This document shows positions 18,431 through 28,680 of a DNA stretch of 64,000 nucleotides, in pieces (within the stretch, counting starts at the first letter, position 1; each line of letters begins with the position of its first letter). The translations under genes were made by a program, and so were the position numbers. The notes beneath the pieces are model-generated. The model had not been told where the DNA came from. It saw nothing but the letters and a program-made list of their open reading frames with translations, and made no database searches. The DNA comes from Anaerolineales bacterium (lineage in GTDB: Bacteria > Chloroflexota > Anaerolineae > Anaerolineales > UBA6663). The DNA lies in assembly GCA_044226485.1 (NCBI GenBank), contig JBGAGY010000007.1, positions 195,060-259,059 on the forward strand, in the 5' to 3' direction.

Positions 18431-19825
18431 ATGAACATCATCGTCCTGAACGGCAGCCCCAAAGGTGAGTTGAGCATCACCATGCAGTCTGTCGCCTACC
18501 TGGCCAAGCTGTATCCCCAGCACGCATTCAAGGTTCACCACATTGCGCAACGATTGCGACGCCTGGAGAACGACACGAAAGCTTTCGACGCCGTCATTGG
18601 CGATGTCCGATCTTCTGACGCGGTGCTGTGGGGCTTTCCACTGTACATCCTTCATGTGCATGCCAACTACAAGCGGTTCATCGAGCTCATTGCCGAGCGC
18701 CAGGTCCAGGATGCGTTCAGAGGGAAGTACGCGGCCTCGCTATCGACGTCCATTCACTTCTTTGACCATACCGCCCACAACTACATCCATGGCATCTGCG
18801 ATGACCTTGACATGCGCTTCGTCGACTCATTTGCGGCGGACATGTATGACCTGTTGACAGACGAGGGCCGCCAACAGCTTGAGCTCTTCGGCCGACAGTT
18901 CTTCGAAGCGGTCCACAACCAGATCCCTGTTCAGCGCCACTACCTGCCTCTCAAAGCCAGCGCGTTCAGCTACCAGCCGGTTCTGGCAACAGACCCTGCC
19001 GCCACCCAGGGCAAGAAAGTGGTCATCCTGCATGACGCTCAAGAGGATGACGGCAACCTGATCAACATGGTCAGGCGTTGTCGCGGCGCGTTCTCAGACG
19101 AGGTTCAGGTCGTCAACATCCACGACATCAGCATCAAGTCCGGCTGCCTGGGCTGCGTGGAATGTGGGTCCAACTACCGCTGCGCGCTCAGCGACACCGA
19201 CGATTACATCGAGTTCTATAGGTCGACGGTGATGACCGCGGATGTGTTGATCTACGCCGGCCGAATGGTGGATCGTTTTCTCTCAGCGCGATGGAAGATG
19301 TTCTTTGACCGCATCTTCTTCAACACCCACACCCCGGTGTTGGTCGGCAAGCAGGTTGCCCTTGTGGTGTCGGGTCCTTTGAGCCAGGAACCTAACTTGA
19401 TGGAGGTGTTCCGGGGTTTCTTCGAGTTTCAGGGCGCCAATCTCTCAGGCGCGGTCAGCGACGAGTGCGGATCATCTGAAGACCTCGACCGTCTCCTCGA
19501 CCAGTTGATGCACCAGGCGCTGGCCTATGCTCTGAACGGTTACCGGCGTCCGCAGACCTTCCTCGGCGTGGGAGGCATGAAGATCTTCCGCGATGACATC
19601 TACGGCCGCTTGCGGACGATCTTTCCCGCCGATCACCGGGCGTACAAGCGAAACGGCCTGTACAACACATTCCCGCAGGTGGATCTGGGCACCATGATGC
19701 TCAACACGTTTGGGATGCCCATCCTGAACCTTCCGCCGATCCGCAAGAAATTCGACAAGATGATCAAGAAGCAGATGGTCGAGCGCCACAAACAGGTGGT
19801 TGCTAAGGCAGCCCCATCGCTCTAG
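18431..19825 (+). CDS. tandem flavodoxin-fold (NAD(P)H-dependent FMN reductase / WrbA-like) protein
   Basis: The N-terminal MNIIVLNGSPKG is typical of FMN_red. The second module carries KKVVILHD... and the COG0655-like Cys motif GCLGCVECGSNYRCALSDTDD. Confidence 0.8.
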   Translation: MNIIVLNGSPKGELSITMQSVAYLAKLYPQHAFKVHHIAQRLRRLENDTKAFDAVIGDVRSSDAVLWGFPLYILHVHANYKRFIELIAERQVQDAFRGKYAASLSTSIHFFDHTAHNYIHGICDDLDMRFVDSFAADMYDLLTDEGRQQLELFGRQFFEAVHNQIPVQRHYLPLKASAFSYQPVLATDPAATQGKKVVILHDAQEDDGNLINMVRRCRGAFSDEVQVVNIHDISIKSGCLGCVECGSNYRCALSDTDDYIEFYRSTVMTADVLIYAGRMVDRFLSARWKMFFDRIFFNTHTPVLVGKQVALVVSGPLSQEPNLMEVFRGFFEFQGANLSGAVSDECGSSEDLDRLLDQLMHQALAYALNGYRRPQTFLGVGGMKIFRDDIYGRLRTIFPADHRAYKRNGLYNTFPQVDLGTMMLNTFGMPILNLPPIRKKFDKMIKKQMVERHKQVVAKAAPSL

Positions 19826-19846
19826 GACGTGACAAAGGAGTGCGCC

Positions 19847-21403
19847 ATGAAACAGTCAACACTCTTCCAACAGGCAAAAAACGCCACAGCCCAACCCTTC
19901 CACGCCTCGCTGTTCGCGCAAGATCGCTGGGCGTATCTCTGGTTATGCGTTGGCGCCGGATTGCTGCTCGTCTCCAACGGTCGCTGGTTCATCCCTCTGG
20001 CCACCTGGCTGGCCCCAGTCTTCCTCATCCGCTTTGCGCGCACCCAGCCGGCCCGCAGGGGTCTGGCGCTGCTGCTGGCGATCAACATCCTGGCGTCCGT
20101 CTTCATGTGGCAGGGGATCATCCCGGGAGGATTGCATCTGCCGGTCGCGAGTGGCATCGGCGTGGTTTTCTGGCTTCCCTATCTGGCCGATCGCTTGTTG
20201 GTCCGCCGGCTGGGTGGCTTTGTGTCCACACTGGTGTTCCCGCTGCTCCAGGTCAGTCTGGAGTACGTTCTGACCATCGCCAATCCCCTTGGGAGCTGGG
20301 GCTCGCTGGCGTACACCCAGCAAAGCCTTCTCCCGTTTCTTCAACTGCTCTCCGTGACCGGGATGTGGGGCCTCAGCTTCCTGATTGCCTGGTTGGCGCC
20401 GGTGGCCAATCTGGCCTGGGAACAAGGATTCGCACTGCACCGGGTCCGAAGCGGTGTGTTGACCTATGGCAGCATCCTGGCCCTGGTGTGGGTGGGGGGC
20501 AGCCTGCGGATGACGTTCTTTCCGCCCCAGTCAGAGACCCTGAAAGTCGTCTTGCTGACCACCGAGGTCAATCACTTCGCCGTGAAAGAGATGAGCACCT
20601 CGCGGGAGGAATCCCTGGTCGCAGGCGAGCGCCTGCTTCAGCAAACTCGCCAGCAAGCGCAGGCCGGGGCCGATGTGATCGTCTGGCAGGAAGGGGCTCT
20701 CATCATGCTCCAGGTAGACGAAGCGAGCTACATCGAACAGGCTCGCGCTCTGGCACAGGAGGAGAAGGTCTACCTCTTGCTGGGTCTGTACACCATCCCG
20801 GAAGGATTCCCTGGTGTCAAGGCACATAACCAGGCGGTCTGGATCGCGCCGGATGGCGAGGTGAAGTGGCACTATCTTAAAGCGCGTCCGGTGCCGGGCC
20901 CTGAACTGCAAACCATCGTTGCGGGTGATGGCATCATCCCCGTGGACCAGACCGGGTTTGGCGCCATCGCTTCGGTCATCTGCTTCGATATGGATCACCC
21001 GGCCTACATCCGTCAGGCTGGGCTTTCCGGCACCGATGTGATGCTGGTGCCCGCCGACGACTGGCACGACATTGTTCCGGTCCACACCTATATGGCGTCG
21101 TACCGCGGCATTGAGAACGGATTCTCGACAGTGAGGGCCGCGGGGAACGGCCTCTCCGCGGCTTTCGATTATCAGGGGCGCACCCTGGCGGCGGCAGAGG
21201 ACTCTGCGACGACGCATGCTGTGATCGCGTATGTTCCAACCCACGGGGTTACGACCATCTATGCGATGGTCGGCGATCTCTTCGCCTGGCTCAGCATGAT
21301 CGGGTTCGCGACGCTGGTGGGGTTGGCCCTGTTTCGGCCGGCCCGCGCAAACGTGGAGCAGAAGCTGATCGACGGGCAGCCGGCTGTTGCGCCAGCCGAC
21401 TGA
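19847..21403 (+). CDS. apolipoprotein N-acyltransferase (Lnt)-like membrane carbon-nitrogen hydrolase
   Basis: N-terminal polytopic domain plus a CN-hydrolase domain with candidate E-K-C triad (VIVWQEGA, HYLKARPVPG, VICFDMDHP). ATG 19847 is preceded by AAAGGAG. Confidence 0.8.
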   Translation: MKQSTLFQQAKNATAQPFHASLFAQDRWAYLWLCVGAGLLLVSNGRWFIPLATWLAPVFLIRFARTQPARRGLALLLAINILASVFMWQGIIPGGLHLPVASGIGVVFWLPYLADRLLVRRLGGFVSTLVFPLLQVSLEYVLTIANPLGSWGSLAYTQQSLLPFLQLLSVTGMWGLSFLIAWLAPVANLAWEQGFALHRVRSGVLTYGSILALVWVGGSLRMTFFPPQSETLKVVLLTTEVNHFAVKEMSTSREESLVAGERLLQQTRQQAQAGADVIVWQEGALIMLQVDEASYIEQARALAQEEKVYLLLGLYTIPEGFPGVKAHNQAVWIAPDGEVKWHYLKARPVPGPELQTIVAGDGIIPVDQTGFGAIASVICFDMDHPAYIRQAGLSGTDVMLVPADDWHDIVPVHTYMASYRGIENGFSTVRAAGNGLSAAFDYQGRTLAAAEDSATTHAVIAYVPTHGVTTIYAMVGDLFAWLSMIGFATLVGLALFRPARANVEQKLIDGQPAVAPAD

Positions 21404-21490
21404 CCGTGTGGGTTCGCGCCCATGTGGTCCGATCTGTGAACGACTTGCACACCGCGAGCAACGCAGTGGTGTGACCAGGTAGATGCAGAC

Positions 21491-21520
21491 GGGGCCCGAC
21501 TCTTTAAGGAGTTGGGCCCC
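21491..21520 (+). terminator. terminator-like hairpin after the Lnt-like gene
   Basis: GGGGCCCGACTC pairs with GAGTTGGGCCCC (one G-T pair) around loop TTTAAG, followed by a moderately T-rich tract. Confidence 0.45.
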
Positions 21521-21609
21521 GCCTGTTGATGTTTCCTGGCGTCCAAGGTGATGGCCTGGTGTTTGTTGCCCGACCGGCTCGTCAACAGCGGACAGAGCAC
21601 TTGATGGAG

Positions 21610-22010
21610 CTACTTTGCGAGCCGGCTGTGAGGAGAGCCCGCATGACTCTGAACTAAAGTGAGTTCGCCGATGACGAGGCCGTCGGTAGAGGGCAACCGG
21701 AGGACGAGCGTGTTCTCGTCAAGAACGACCAGACCCGTGGCGACCAGGCCAGCAACCGACCCAGCGTCGAGTGAATGCGCGTCGACGTTCCCGTGTGACC
21801 ATCAACGATTGTGATCCAGCCCTGATCCTCGACGGCAAATCGACCGGTCGCTCCGGGTTCCCATACCGGCTCACTTACGCTCAGGCTGCCTTCCGGAACG
21901 GTCCACAACGAGTCGACGCGAATCTGGTCGTGACGAAGTCCGGCGAGGTGCTTCAAGGACAGGATCGAACTGAGACGCTGAAGCTTCTGTGTGAGGCACT
22001 GATTCGACAA
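21610..22010 (-). pseudogene. small hypothetical gene, apparently frameshifted
   Basis: The track ORF 21654..22010 reads sensibly up to ...GRFAVEDQGWITIVDGHTG and then turns S/R/T-rich. A +1 frame instead reads NVDAHSLDAGSVAGLVATGLVVLDENTLVLRLPSTDGLVIGELTLVQ and stops at 21610. No family recognised. Confidence 0.3.
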
Positions 22011-22180
22011 CGGGCCGCAAGGGGGCCGTAGCCGGCTGTCCAGCCTGTGTTTTGGATATATAGGCGATGACGCGGGGCGTCGTCTGGCACAGTACCTAAC
22101 CAGCGTTCATCTTTCTGTCATGAAGGTGTGACCCCGGTGAGTGTGCCATATCTGCTCTTCTCATCTTGGATCCACCCTGG

Positions 22181-24820
22181 TCATTGGCGAATGAGTGAGG
22201 GAATCACCCGTGGGTTGGCCGGACTCGGCTGGAGTTCATGCACCATCGCTTCCACCGGGATCATCCGACCGTCTTGCGTGTGCATGTCCCATTCGTTAGC
22301 GGGCATCTGAGCGCGGGCCATCTCCGTCCAATAGACTTCCGAGGATCGACTGGCTGGCGACACGAACAACGTGGTTCTCTCTCGATACGCTGCCACACAG
22401 CCGAAGAGTCGCGCCGCGAGCTTGCCTTGTTTCATGGCCGCGGCCACGGCGCCAAATCCGACGAGACACTCGTACGTCGTGCTCACGGATCCCCGCGTCC
22501 AGGCGATCTCCAGAGCTTCGGCCCAGTGGGCTCTGGCAGCCTCGACCTCATTGAGTTGCAAGGCAGACCAGCCGAGGGCCGCCAGCGCTCGGCCCAATGC
22601 GCCCGTATAGCCTAGCGTGCGGCGGGCTTCGACGACCTTCTGCCACACGCGTCGGGCCCCGGCATAGTCTCCAGCCATGTACGCCAGGCGACCCAGGTTC
22701 TCCGCAACCGAGCTGAGGCCAAAGGCATCGCCCACGGATTCATAGAGCACCCGGCTTTCCTCGAGCAATGGGCGCGCTCGCTCGGCATCGCCTTGATCCA
22801 GGGCAAGGCGACCCAGGTCCTCGAGCGCGGCCGCACTCCCCCAGGGATTGTCGGCCGAGCGATACAGCGCCAGACACTGTGTCAGCGAAGCATGGGCCAC
22901 TGCATGGTCGCCTTCGGTGAGCGACGCCCAGCCGAGCATCAACAGGGCGTAGGCCGTCAACCGAGAATTCTCAAGCGTTGTGGCGATGCGCAGGCACTCC
23001 TCGAGCGGCGCCACAGCGCCGGCGCTGTCCCCCGTCGACGGAGCCAGACGGCCGATCACAGCCAGAGCTTCCGCGACATCGAGGCGGATGTCGGCGGAGG
23101 CCGAATCAATGGGTTGAGGCATTCGCGCCGCAAAGCCGCGCAGCCAGGCGAGCCCCTCGTCAAAATGTCCCCCGATGAACCAAACCCGACGCATGGCCGT
23201 CGCCAATCTCAGTCCCAGGTGGGCCGGCAGATTGAGTGCGCCGCCACGATGGATCTGCGCCTGTCCGTCGTACCAATCGAGGGCTGACCTGAGATTGCCA
23301 AGCTCAGCTATCAATCGCTGGATCCATTCGATCTGCTTCAGGCCCCAGTCTGCCCCTTGAGGTTGGATGAAGTGTCGATCTGCCTCGAGCGCGAGCGCCA
23401 GATAATGGCTGGCGTGACGCGCCCGAAATGACTCGACTTCTCCAGCTCGAGTCGCCTCCACGTGGGCAAAGTCCCGAATGGTCTCCAGCAGTCGATAGCG
23501 GGGTTCGTTGGCCTGGCCATTTGGAGCGACCGCCCCATCGGCGATCACCAGGTTCTTGTCGACCAGAGCGTCCAAACAGTCCACGATCGTCGCGTCGGGC
23601 GGCGGGTACGCCCGGGTCGTCTCGTTTTGGGATCGGGTGGCCTCGACGTCGTCGAGCGACCTGAGATCCGGCGCCAGGACGCCACCGACGAACGTGCTCA
23701 GGAATCTGAAAAGGCGTTGTTCATCGGACGAGAGCAGGTCATAGCTCCAGGCGATCGACGCTCGGAGCGTTCGCTGACGCGGGGGTAGATCGCGCGCCCC
23801 AGCGGTCAATAACCCAAGCGCATCGCTCAAGCCCTGAAGAAGGCCGGTGAGAACGCCTGGGCGCACCCGGGCCGCGGCCAGCTCAATCGCCAGAGGCAGC
23901 CCATGGAGCCGGATGCAGATGGCGATGACGTCTGCCACGTTGGCCTGGCTCAGCCCGAACGTTGGATCGACGTCCTGCGCGCGCTGGCAGAAGAGCGCCA
24001 CGGCCGGTGAGTCGAGCGCGCTCACGGCCGAGGCGACGTTCGCAGGATGCGGCACGCCGAGAGGCGCCACGACGAAACGGCGCTCGCCACGAATCCGCAG
24101 CGGCATCCGGCTCGTGATCAACAACTTGAGCCAGGGACTGGCCTGATGGAGCCGGGCCACCGCGACGGCGGCATCCAGGACGTGCTCGAAGTTATCCAGG
24201 ATCAGAAGGAGTCGTCGGCTCCGCACGAAGGCGTAGAGTGCGTCGACCAGAGATCGTCCAGGCTCTTCCTGCAATCCGAGTTCACGAGCAATGGTCGGCA
24301 ACACCTGATGGGGATCGAGCGTGGCCGCCAAATCGACAAAGAAGCAACCGTCGCTGAAGTGGTCCACCAGGCTCACCGCCACTTCTGTGGCCAGCCGCGT
24401 TTTCCCCACGCCACCGATCCCGGTGAGGGTGACCAGACGTGTTCGGGGCTGGAGCAGAAAGGCCCTCAGCGACTCGACCTCGCGCTCCCGTCCCACGAGG
24501 GGGTTGGGCCCGATGGGCACCCGACATTTCGTCGAAAAGTGCCTGAGCCACGGCGTCTCAGACCGATCCGCGGGCGACGCGTCGGCGTTGCCGGGGCCGG
24601 TGCGGGCGAAGGCCACAAAGGCTGCCCGCTCCTCGGACGGGATGGAGAACCAGTGGGCGATGACGGACGCCACCTGGACCGACGGGCGGCGTTCGCCGGC
24701 CTCCAACTTGCGCAACAAGGCCAACGAAATGTTCAACGGGGCAGCCAGCGCTTCTTGCGAGAGGCCCCGCGCCGCGCGTTGGTGTCGAAGCCAGGCTCCA
24801 AAATGTGAGGTTGGCATCAC
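22181..24820 (-). CDS. XRE-HTH / NB-ARC-type STAND ATPase / TPR regulator
   Basis: N-terminal HTH (WLRHQRAARGLSQEALAAPLNISLALLRKLEAGERRPS), P-loop LTGIGGVGKTRLATEVA, Walker B LLILDNFEH, and a long TPR region. Confidence 0.9.
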   Translation of the reverse strand: MMPTSHFGAWLRHQRAARGLSQEALAAPLNISLALLRKLEAGERRPSVQVASVIAHWFSIPSEERAAFVAFARTGPGNADASPADRSETPWLRHFSTKCRVPIGPNPLVGREREVESLRAFLLQPRTRLVTLTGIGGVGKTRLATEVAVSLVDHFSDGCFFVDLAATLDPHQVLPTIARELGLQEEPGRSLVDALYAFVRSRRLLLILDNFEHVLDAAVAVARLHQASPWLKLLITSRMPLRIRGERRFVVAPLGVPHPANVASAVSALDSPAVALFCQRAQDVDPTFGLSQANVADVIAICIRLHGLPLAIELAAARVRPGVLTGLLQGLSDALGLLTAGARDLPPRQRTLRASIAWSYDLLSSDEQRLFRFLSTFVGGVLAPDLRSLDDVEATRSQNETTRAYPPPDATIVDCLDALVDKNLVIADGAVAPNGQANEPRYRLLETIRDFAHVEATRAGEVESFRARHASHYLALALEADRHFIQPQGADWGLKQIEWIQRLIAELGNLRSALDWYDGQAQIHRGGALNLPAHLGLRLATAMRRVWFIGGHFDEGLAWLRGFAARMPQPIDSASADIRLDVAEALAVIGRLAPSTGDSAGAVAPLEECLRIATTLENSRLTAYALLMLGWASLTEGDHAVAHASLTQCLALYRSADNPWGSAAALEDLGRLALDQGDAERARPLLEESRVLYESVGDAFGLSSVAENLGRLAYMAGDYAGARRVWQKVVEARRTLGYTGALGRALAALGWSALQLNEVEAARAHWAEALEIAWTRGSVSTTYECLVGFGAVAAAMKQGKLAARLFGCVAAYRERTTLFVSPASRSSEVYWTEMARAQMPANEWDMHTQDGRMIPVEAMVHELQPSPANPRVIPSLIRQ

Positions 24821-24996
24821 GTGTTGGCGGGCCTCTCAACGACCGCACCCAGACCGCCAGTGGAGTGATGGGGCGCACGGCCGTTGCGAGATTTGTAGCA
24901 CTGTTGTAACGCACGAGTCAGCCCCCAATCGCCCTAGACTGGGTCGTCACACGCCGGATCGCGCTCCGAGTGGTGCAAACCGAAAGAGGCGACTTC

Positions 24997-25185
24997 ATGG
25001 CCGCAGAGACTCCGCGCGGACCTTCGCATCTCTTATTGATCCGAATCTGGGCTGCGACAACGCCAGACGGCGGCGTCACGTGGCGTGGCCGGGTGCAACG
25101 CGTCACCGACGGCATTCCCCATGCGTTTGCGGGACTGCCCGCATTGGTAGATGTGCTGTTACGCCTGCTGGTGCACACGCCATAG
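24997..25185 (+). CDS. small conserved hypothetical protein (62 aa)
   Basis: LLLIRIWAATTPDGGVTWRGRVQRVTDGIPHAFAGLPALVDVLLRLL. From memory this motif pattern (hydrophobic strand, WRG, acidic/G, FxxLxxL) recurs in small proteins next to STAND regulators. AAGAGG lies 7 nt upstream of the ATG. Confidence 0.55.
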   Translation: MAAETPRGPSHLLLIRIWAATTPDGGVTWRGRVQRVTDGIPHAFAGLPALVDVLLRLLVHTP

Positions 25186-25387
25186 GGGAGCCTTCAATGG
25201 CTGGTTCGACTTCCTTCGGAAGTGGCTTCGCATTTACTCAGGCTCCAGACGGGATGCCGTCAAAGGCGCGACCGGACCGACCCAGCCGTTCTCGACCCGA
25301 TCGTCGTTGCCACGCTCATGAATCGACACGTTGGATCGTCGCATCGAACAGGAGCGGACCAGGCACCCCTTACTCCAGGAAAGGACG

Positions 25388-25916
25388 ATGAACAACCCAT
25401 TCCTCGTTGTGCTTCGAGCCTCTCTGATCGTCACCCTATGCGTGATCTCGCCCGCGTCGCCGGCGCGGGCAGCCGGGGTGGTCGGCACCGGCACGCCGGC
25501 CAGCTGCACCGAAGCCGCGCTCACCGCAGCCCTGGTCGGCGGTGGCAGCATCACCTTCAACTGTGGCGGTGCGGCCCAGATCAACTTCACCAGCGCCAGA
25601 TCCATCACCCTCAGCGTGTGGCGGGTTCATTCAGGTCGCCGACGTCTTGTTGGGACCGCTGGCCATCAACGGCGGCGCGACCCTGACGTACCTGACTCAG
25701 TCCGGAAGCCCGGCGATCGATGTCGTCGCCGTCGCGGCCTGCCCAGCGCCCGTGACGGATCAGCGCGGCCTGGCACGCCCGATTGACGGAGACGGGGACG
25801 GCATCGGCCGCTGTGATGCGGGCGCCGTGGAGAAGCAGGCTGTGGGGCCCGAAAGGTTGTCACACGTGTATCTGACGCTGTTGACCCGGCAAGGGCGGCG
25901 AATGGCCACGCCCTGA
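25388..25916 (+). pseudogene. collapsed secreted beta-helix ('choice-of-anchor Q'-like) gene: N- and C-termini only, out of frame
   Basis: Frame 2 encodes a signal peptide plus GTGTPASCTEAALTAALVGGGSITFNCGG. From about 25615 the sense continues in frame 3 with LGPLAINGGATLTYLTQSGSPAIDVV..CPAPVTDQRGLARPIDGDGDGIGRCDAGAVE. Intact homologues carry hundreds of residues between these ends. Confidence 0.5.
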
Positions 25917-25934
25917 CGGCACGGGGAGGACACG

Positions 25935-26366
25935 ATGAACGATAAACCCTTGAGCGATACCGAAGCCATCATTCGCCGCCTCGAAGAGCAAGAGCGTCAA
26001 GCAGTGCTCCAACGAGACCTGACGGCGCTAGAGCAACTATGGTCCGAGGCGTTGATCGTGAACAACCCTCAAAATCAGATTTCGGCGAAACGGAGCGACG
26101 TCCTCGCGCTGGTCAGGCGAGGGCTGATCCGCTATGCGGCATTCGAACGGCGGATCGAGGCGATCCAGATCAGCGGCGATATCGCCGTCGTCATGGGCGC
26201 CGAAACGGTCGAACCGATCGGACATGCACCCCGTGCCGGAGCGACGGTGGAGCGGCGGTTCACGAATATCTGGAGGAAGCAGAAGGACTCGTGGCACATG
26301 ATGGCGCGTCACGCAAACGTCATTGTGCCTGCGCCGGGGGTGAATGAACCAGGCCAACGTGCGTGA
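25935..26366 (+). CDS. NTF2-like (SnoaL/DUF4440-type) protein
   Basis: 143 aa with a family-typical layout (IIRRLEEQERQAVLQRDLTALEQLWSEALIV...WRKQKDSWHMMARHANVI). Strong SD GGGGAGGA. Confidence 0.8.
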   Translation: MNDKPLSDTEAIIRRLEEQERQAVLQRDLTALEQLWSEALIVNNPQNQISAKRSDVLALVRRGLIRYAAFERRIEAIQISGDIAVVMGAETVEPIGHAPRAGATVERRFTNIWRKQKDSWHMMARHANVIVPAPGVNEPGQRA

Positions 26367-26607
26367 CGCCGAGATCGTGCGCGATCAAGGGACTTGCTCT
26401 TTCGGCGACACGCGCCTCTGGTGGCGGCACTCGCGCGAAGGTTTCCGCGGGGTGGGTCGTCTCGCAGTGAACACATGCCGTAAACACCGGTCACGCAGGC
26501 CGTAACACCGAGCCCCTGCCCAAACCGGACCGCTCCAGATGGCAGTCCCAGCACGTCGGCTCGCGATCGGACAACGGATCACCAGCGCCCCTGCGCGTTC
26601 GGTCTTG

Positions 26608-28680
26608 TTAGCGCACGGGCTCTGGCTCGTGACGCGCCCGCACGAGGACCGCGGTATCGGGCAAAGCCACGCCCGCGGTCGGCAATTTGAAGCGGGCGAC
26701 GAGGACGCGCAGACCGTCCGCCATCTCAGACAACGAGCTGGCTGAGGCCGCGACCTCCTCGACCTGAGCATGCATCTCCTCAGCGCTGGCCGAGACTTCT
26801 TCGACCGAGGCGTTATTCTCTTCGGAGACGCTGGCAATACCCTCAATCGCCTGCAAGATCTCATCGGATCCTGCGGCCATCTCCTCGGTGGCGGCGGTGT
26901 TCTCCTCCACCACGGCGCTGACGGCCTCGGTGGCTTCAACCATGTGGGTCGAGAGGTCGCCCATGCGTTGACTGGCGTCGAGCGCGGCCGCGGCCTGAGC
27001 TTGAACGGCCTGAGCCGCGGAGAGGATATGGGCCAAAGCGGCGCCCGCCTGGTTGGCGGCGGCGGCGCCGCGTTCCACCTCCCCCGCACCCTCATCCATG
27101 GCGCGGATGGCATCGGTGATCGTGTGGCGCATGCCCGTGATCAATTCGCCAATCTGCTTTGTGGCCGCCGAGGCATGCTCGGCAAGCTTACGGACTTCGT
27201 CAGCGACGACGGCAAAGCCTTTACCATGCTCGCCAGCGCGAGCCGCTTCAATGGCGGCGTTCAGGGCCAGTAGATTGGTCTGAGAGGCAATGTCGTCGAT
27301 CGTCTCAACGATGGCGCCGATCTGCTGCGAGCGCTCGCCCAGGTCGCGGACCTTGGCGACGGAGACGCCAACTTTGGTTTGGATGGCCTCCATGCCGGAG
27401 ATGGTGTCGGAGACGGTGTCGGCACCGACTCGGGCTGCATCCGAGGCCCGGGTGGATTCCACTGTGACGGCCTGGGCGTTGCCGGCGACCTGGCGGATGG
27501 CGCCGCTGAGACGTTCGGTGGTGGCCGCGACCTTGCCGACGGCCGAGGCCTGATCCTGGGCGCCGTGGGCGACCCCGTCGATGGCGCGTTTCATCTGTTC
27601 CATGGCGCTGGCCGTCTTTGTGACGCCGGCCGTCTGCTGCGTCGTGCCGCGCGCCACCTGCTGGATGGTGGCCGTGATCTGCGTTGTCGCCTGCCCAGCC
27701 TGGGTGGCTGCGGAAGCCAGCTGTGCCGAGGCCGCACCAAGCGCCGTGGCGCTTTGAGTCAACTGGCCGGCCAGACCACGCCAATGATCAATCATGCGGG
27801 CGAACGCCGTGCCGAGGATGTCGTGCTCAGATAGCGGGACCACCGTTTTCGTCAGATCGTTCTCGGCCACTTGCGCGGCGACGGCGGCCATGCCCTTCAA
27901 ATAGGCCACCATATCCGAAAACGCCTGGGCCATCTGGCCGATCTCGTCGCCGGACCGCACCTCAACGGCCTGGCGCAGATCGCCGGCAGCGATGCCGGCG
28001 GCGGCCCGAGCCACCTGGCCCAAGGGCACGGTGATCGTGCGCGTGATCAGGGCGCCCGATAGCACGGCCAGGATGATCGCGATGGTTGCGACCACGGCCA
28101 GGGTGAGGGTCGCAGCCGAAAACGTCGCCTCTCCATTGATGTGTTCTTCCTCGGCCACCCGCACGTTGATGGCCACGAGTGTGTCGAGGGCTGCGTCGAC
28201 GGCTTTGCGCGCATTGGCGGTCGCCGCGCCGTCGCGCAGGCTCTCGAGGGCGCTCTGTTCATCACCGGTATCGACGCGCCGGATCACGTTGTCGACCGCG
28301 ACCTGATAGTCATCCCAGGCGGCGTCGAACCTCGCCAGACCGGCGATTTCTTCGGGGACCAGGTAAGTCGCTCGGTAACGATCCAGCGCCTGGTCGATGT
28401 CAGCCCGACTGGCGTTTAGCGAGGCCAGGGTGGTGGCGCGTTCGTCCGGTATCAGAAGGTATTTGAAGACATCGCCGCGAATGGCGTACAACCGCTCACC
28501 GGCCATCCCAAGATACTCGATGGGCAAGGTCCGGTCCTCGTAGAGCGTCGTCAGTCCAGTGTTCAGGCTGCCCATGTTGACATACCCCACGACCGCGACG
28601 ACGAAGACCATCAGGGCGACCAGAAGGAAGCCCACGATCAGCTTGACACCTACTCTGAGGGATTGAAGAAAACGGACCAT
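26608..28680 (-). CDS. methyl-accepting chemotaxis protein (membrane, 4HB-type sensor, HAMP, signalling domain)
   Basis: TM1 ([22 protein letters not shown]), a periplasmic helical domain, TM2, HAMP, and the conserved hairpin [35 protein letters not shown]. Start set at ATG 28680, preceded by GGGGGGA. Confidence 0.9.
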   Translation of the reverse strand: MVRFLQSLRVGVKLIVGFLLVALMVFVVAVVGYVNMGSLNTGLTTLYEDRTLPIEYLGMAGERLYAIRGDVFKYLLIPDERATTLASLNASRADIDQALDRYRATYLVPEEIAGLARFDAAWDDYQVAVDNVIRRVDTGDEQSALESLRDGAATANARKAVDAALDTLVAINVRVAEEEHINGEATFSAATLTLAVVATIAIILAVLSGALITRTITVPLGQVARAAAGIAAGDLRQAVEVRSGDEIGQMAQAFSDMVAYLKGMAAVAAQVAENDLTKTVVPLSEHDILGTAFARMIDHWRGLAGQLTQSATALGAASAQLASAATQAGQATTQITATIQQVARGTTQQTAGVTKTASAMEQMKRAIDGVAHGAQDQASAVGKVAATTERLSGAIRQVAGNAQAVTVESTRASDAARVGADTVSDTISGMEAIQTKVGVSVAKVRDLGERSQQIGAIVETIDDIASQTNLLALNAAIEAARAGEHGKGFAVVADEVRKLAEHASAATKQIGELITGMRHTITDAIRAMDEGAGEVERGAAAANQAGAALAHILSAAQAVQAQAAAALDASQRMGDLSTHMVEATEAVSAVVEENTAATEEMAAGSDEILQAIEGIASVSEENNASVEEVSASAEEMHAQVEEVAASASSLSEMADGLRVLVARFKLPTAGVALPDTAVLVRARHEPEPVR

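Noticed and set aside
19847-21403. Using the Lnt-like gene to infer a diderm envelope or taxonomy.
   Set aside because: Lnt homologues also occur in high-GC monoderms, so one gene cannot support a cell-envelope or phylum call.
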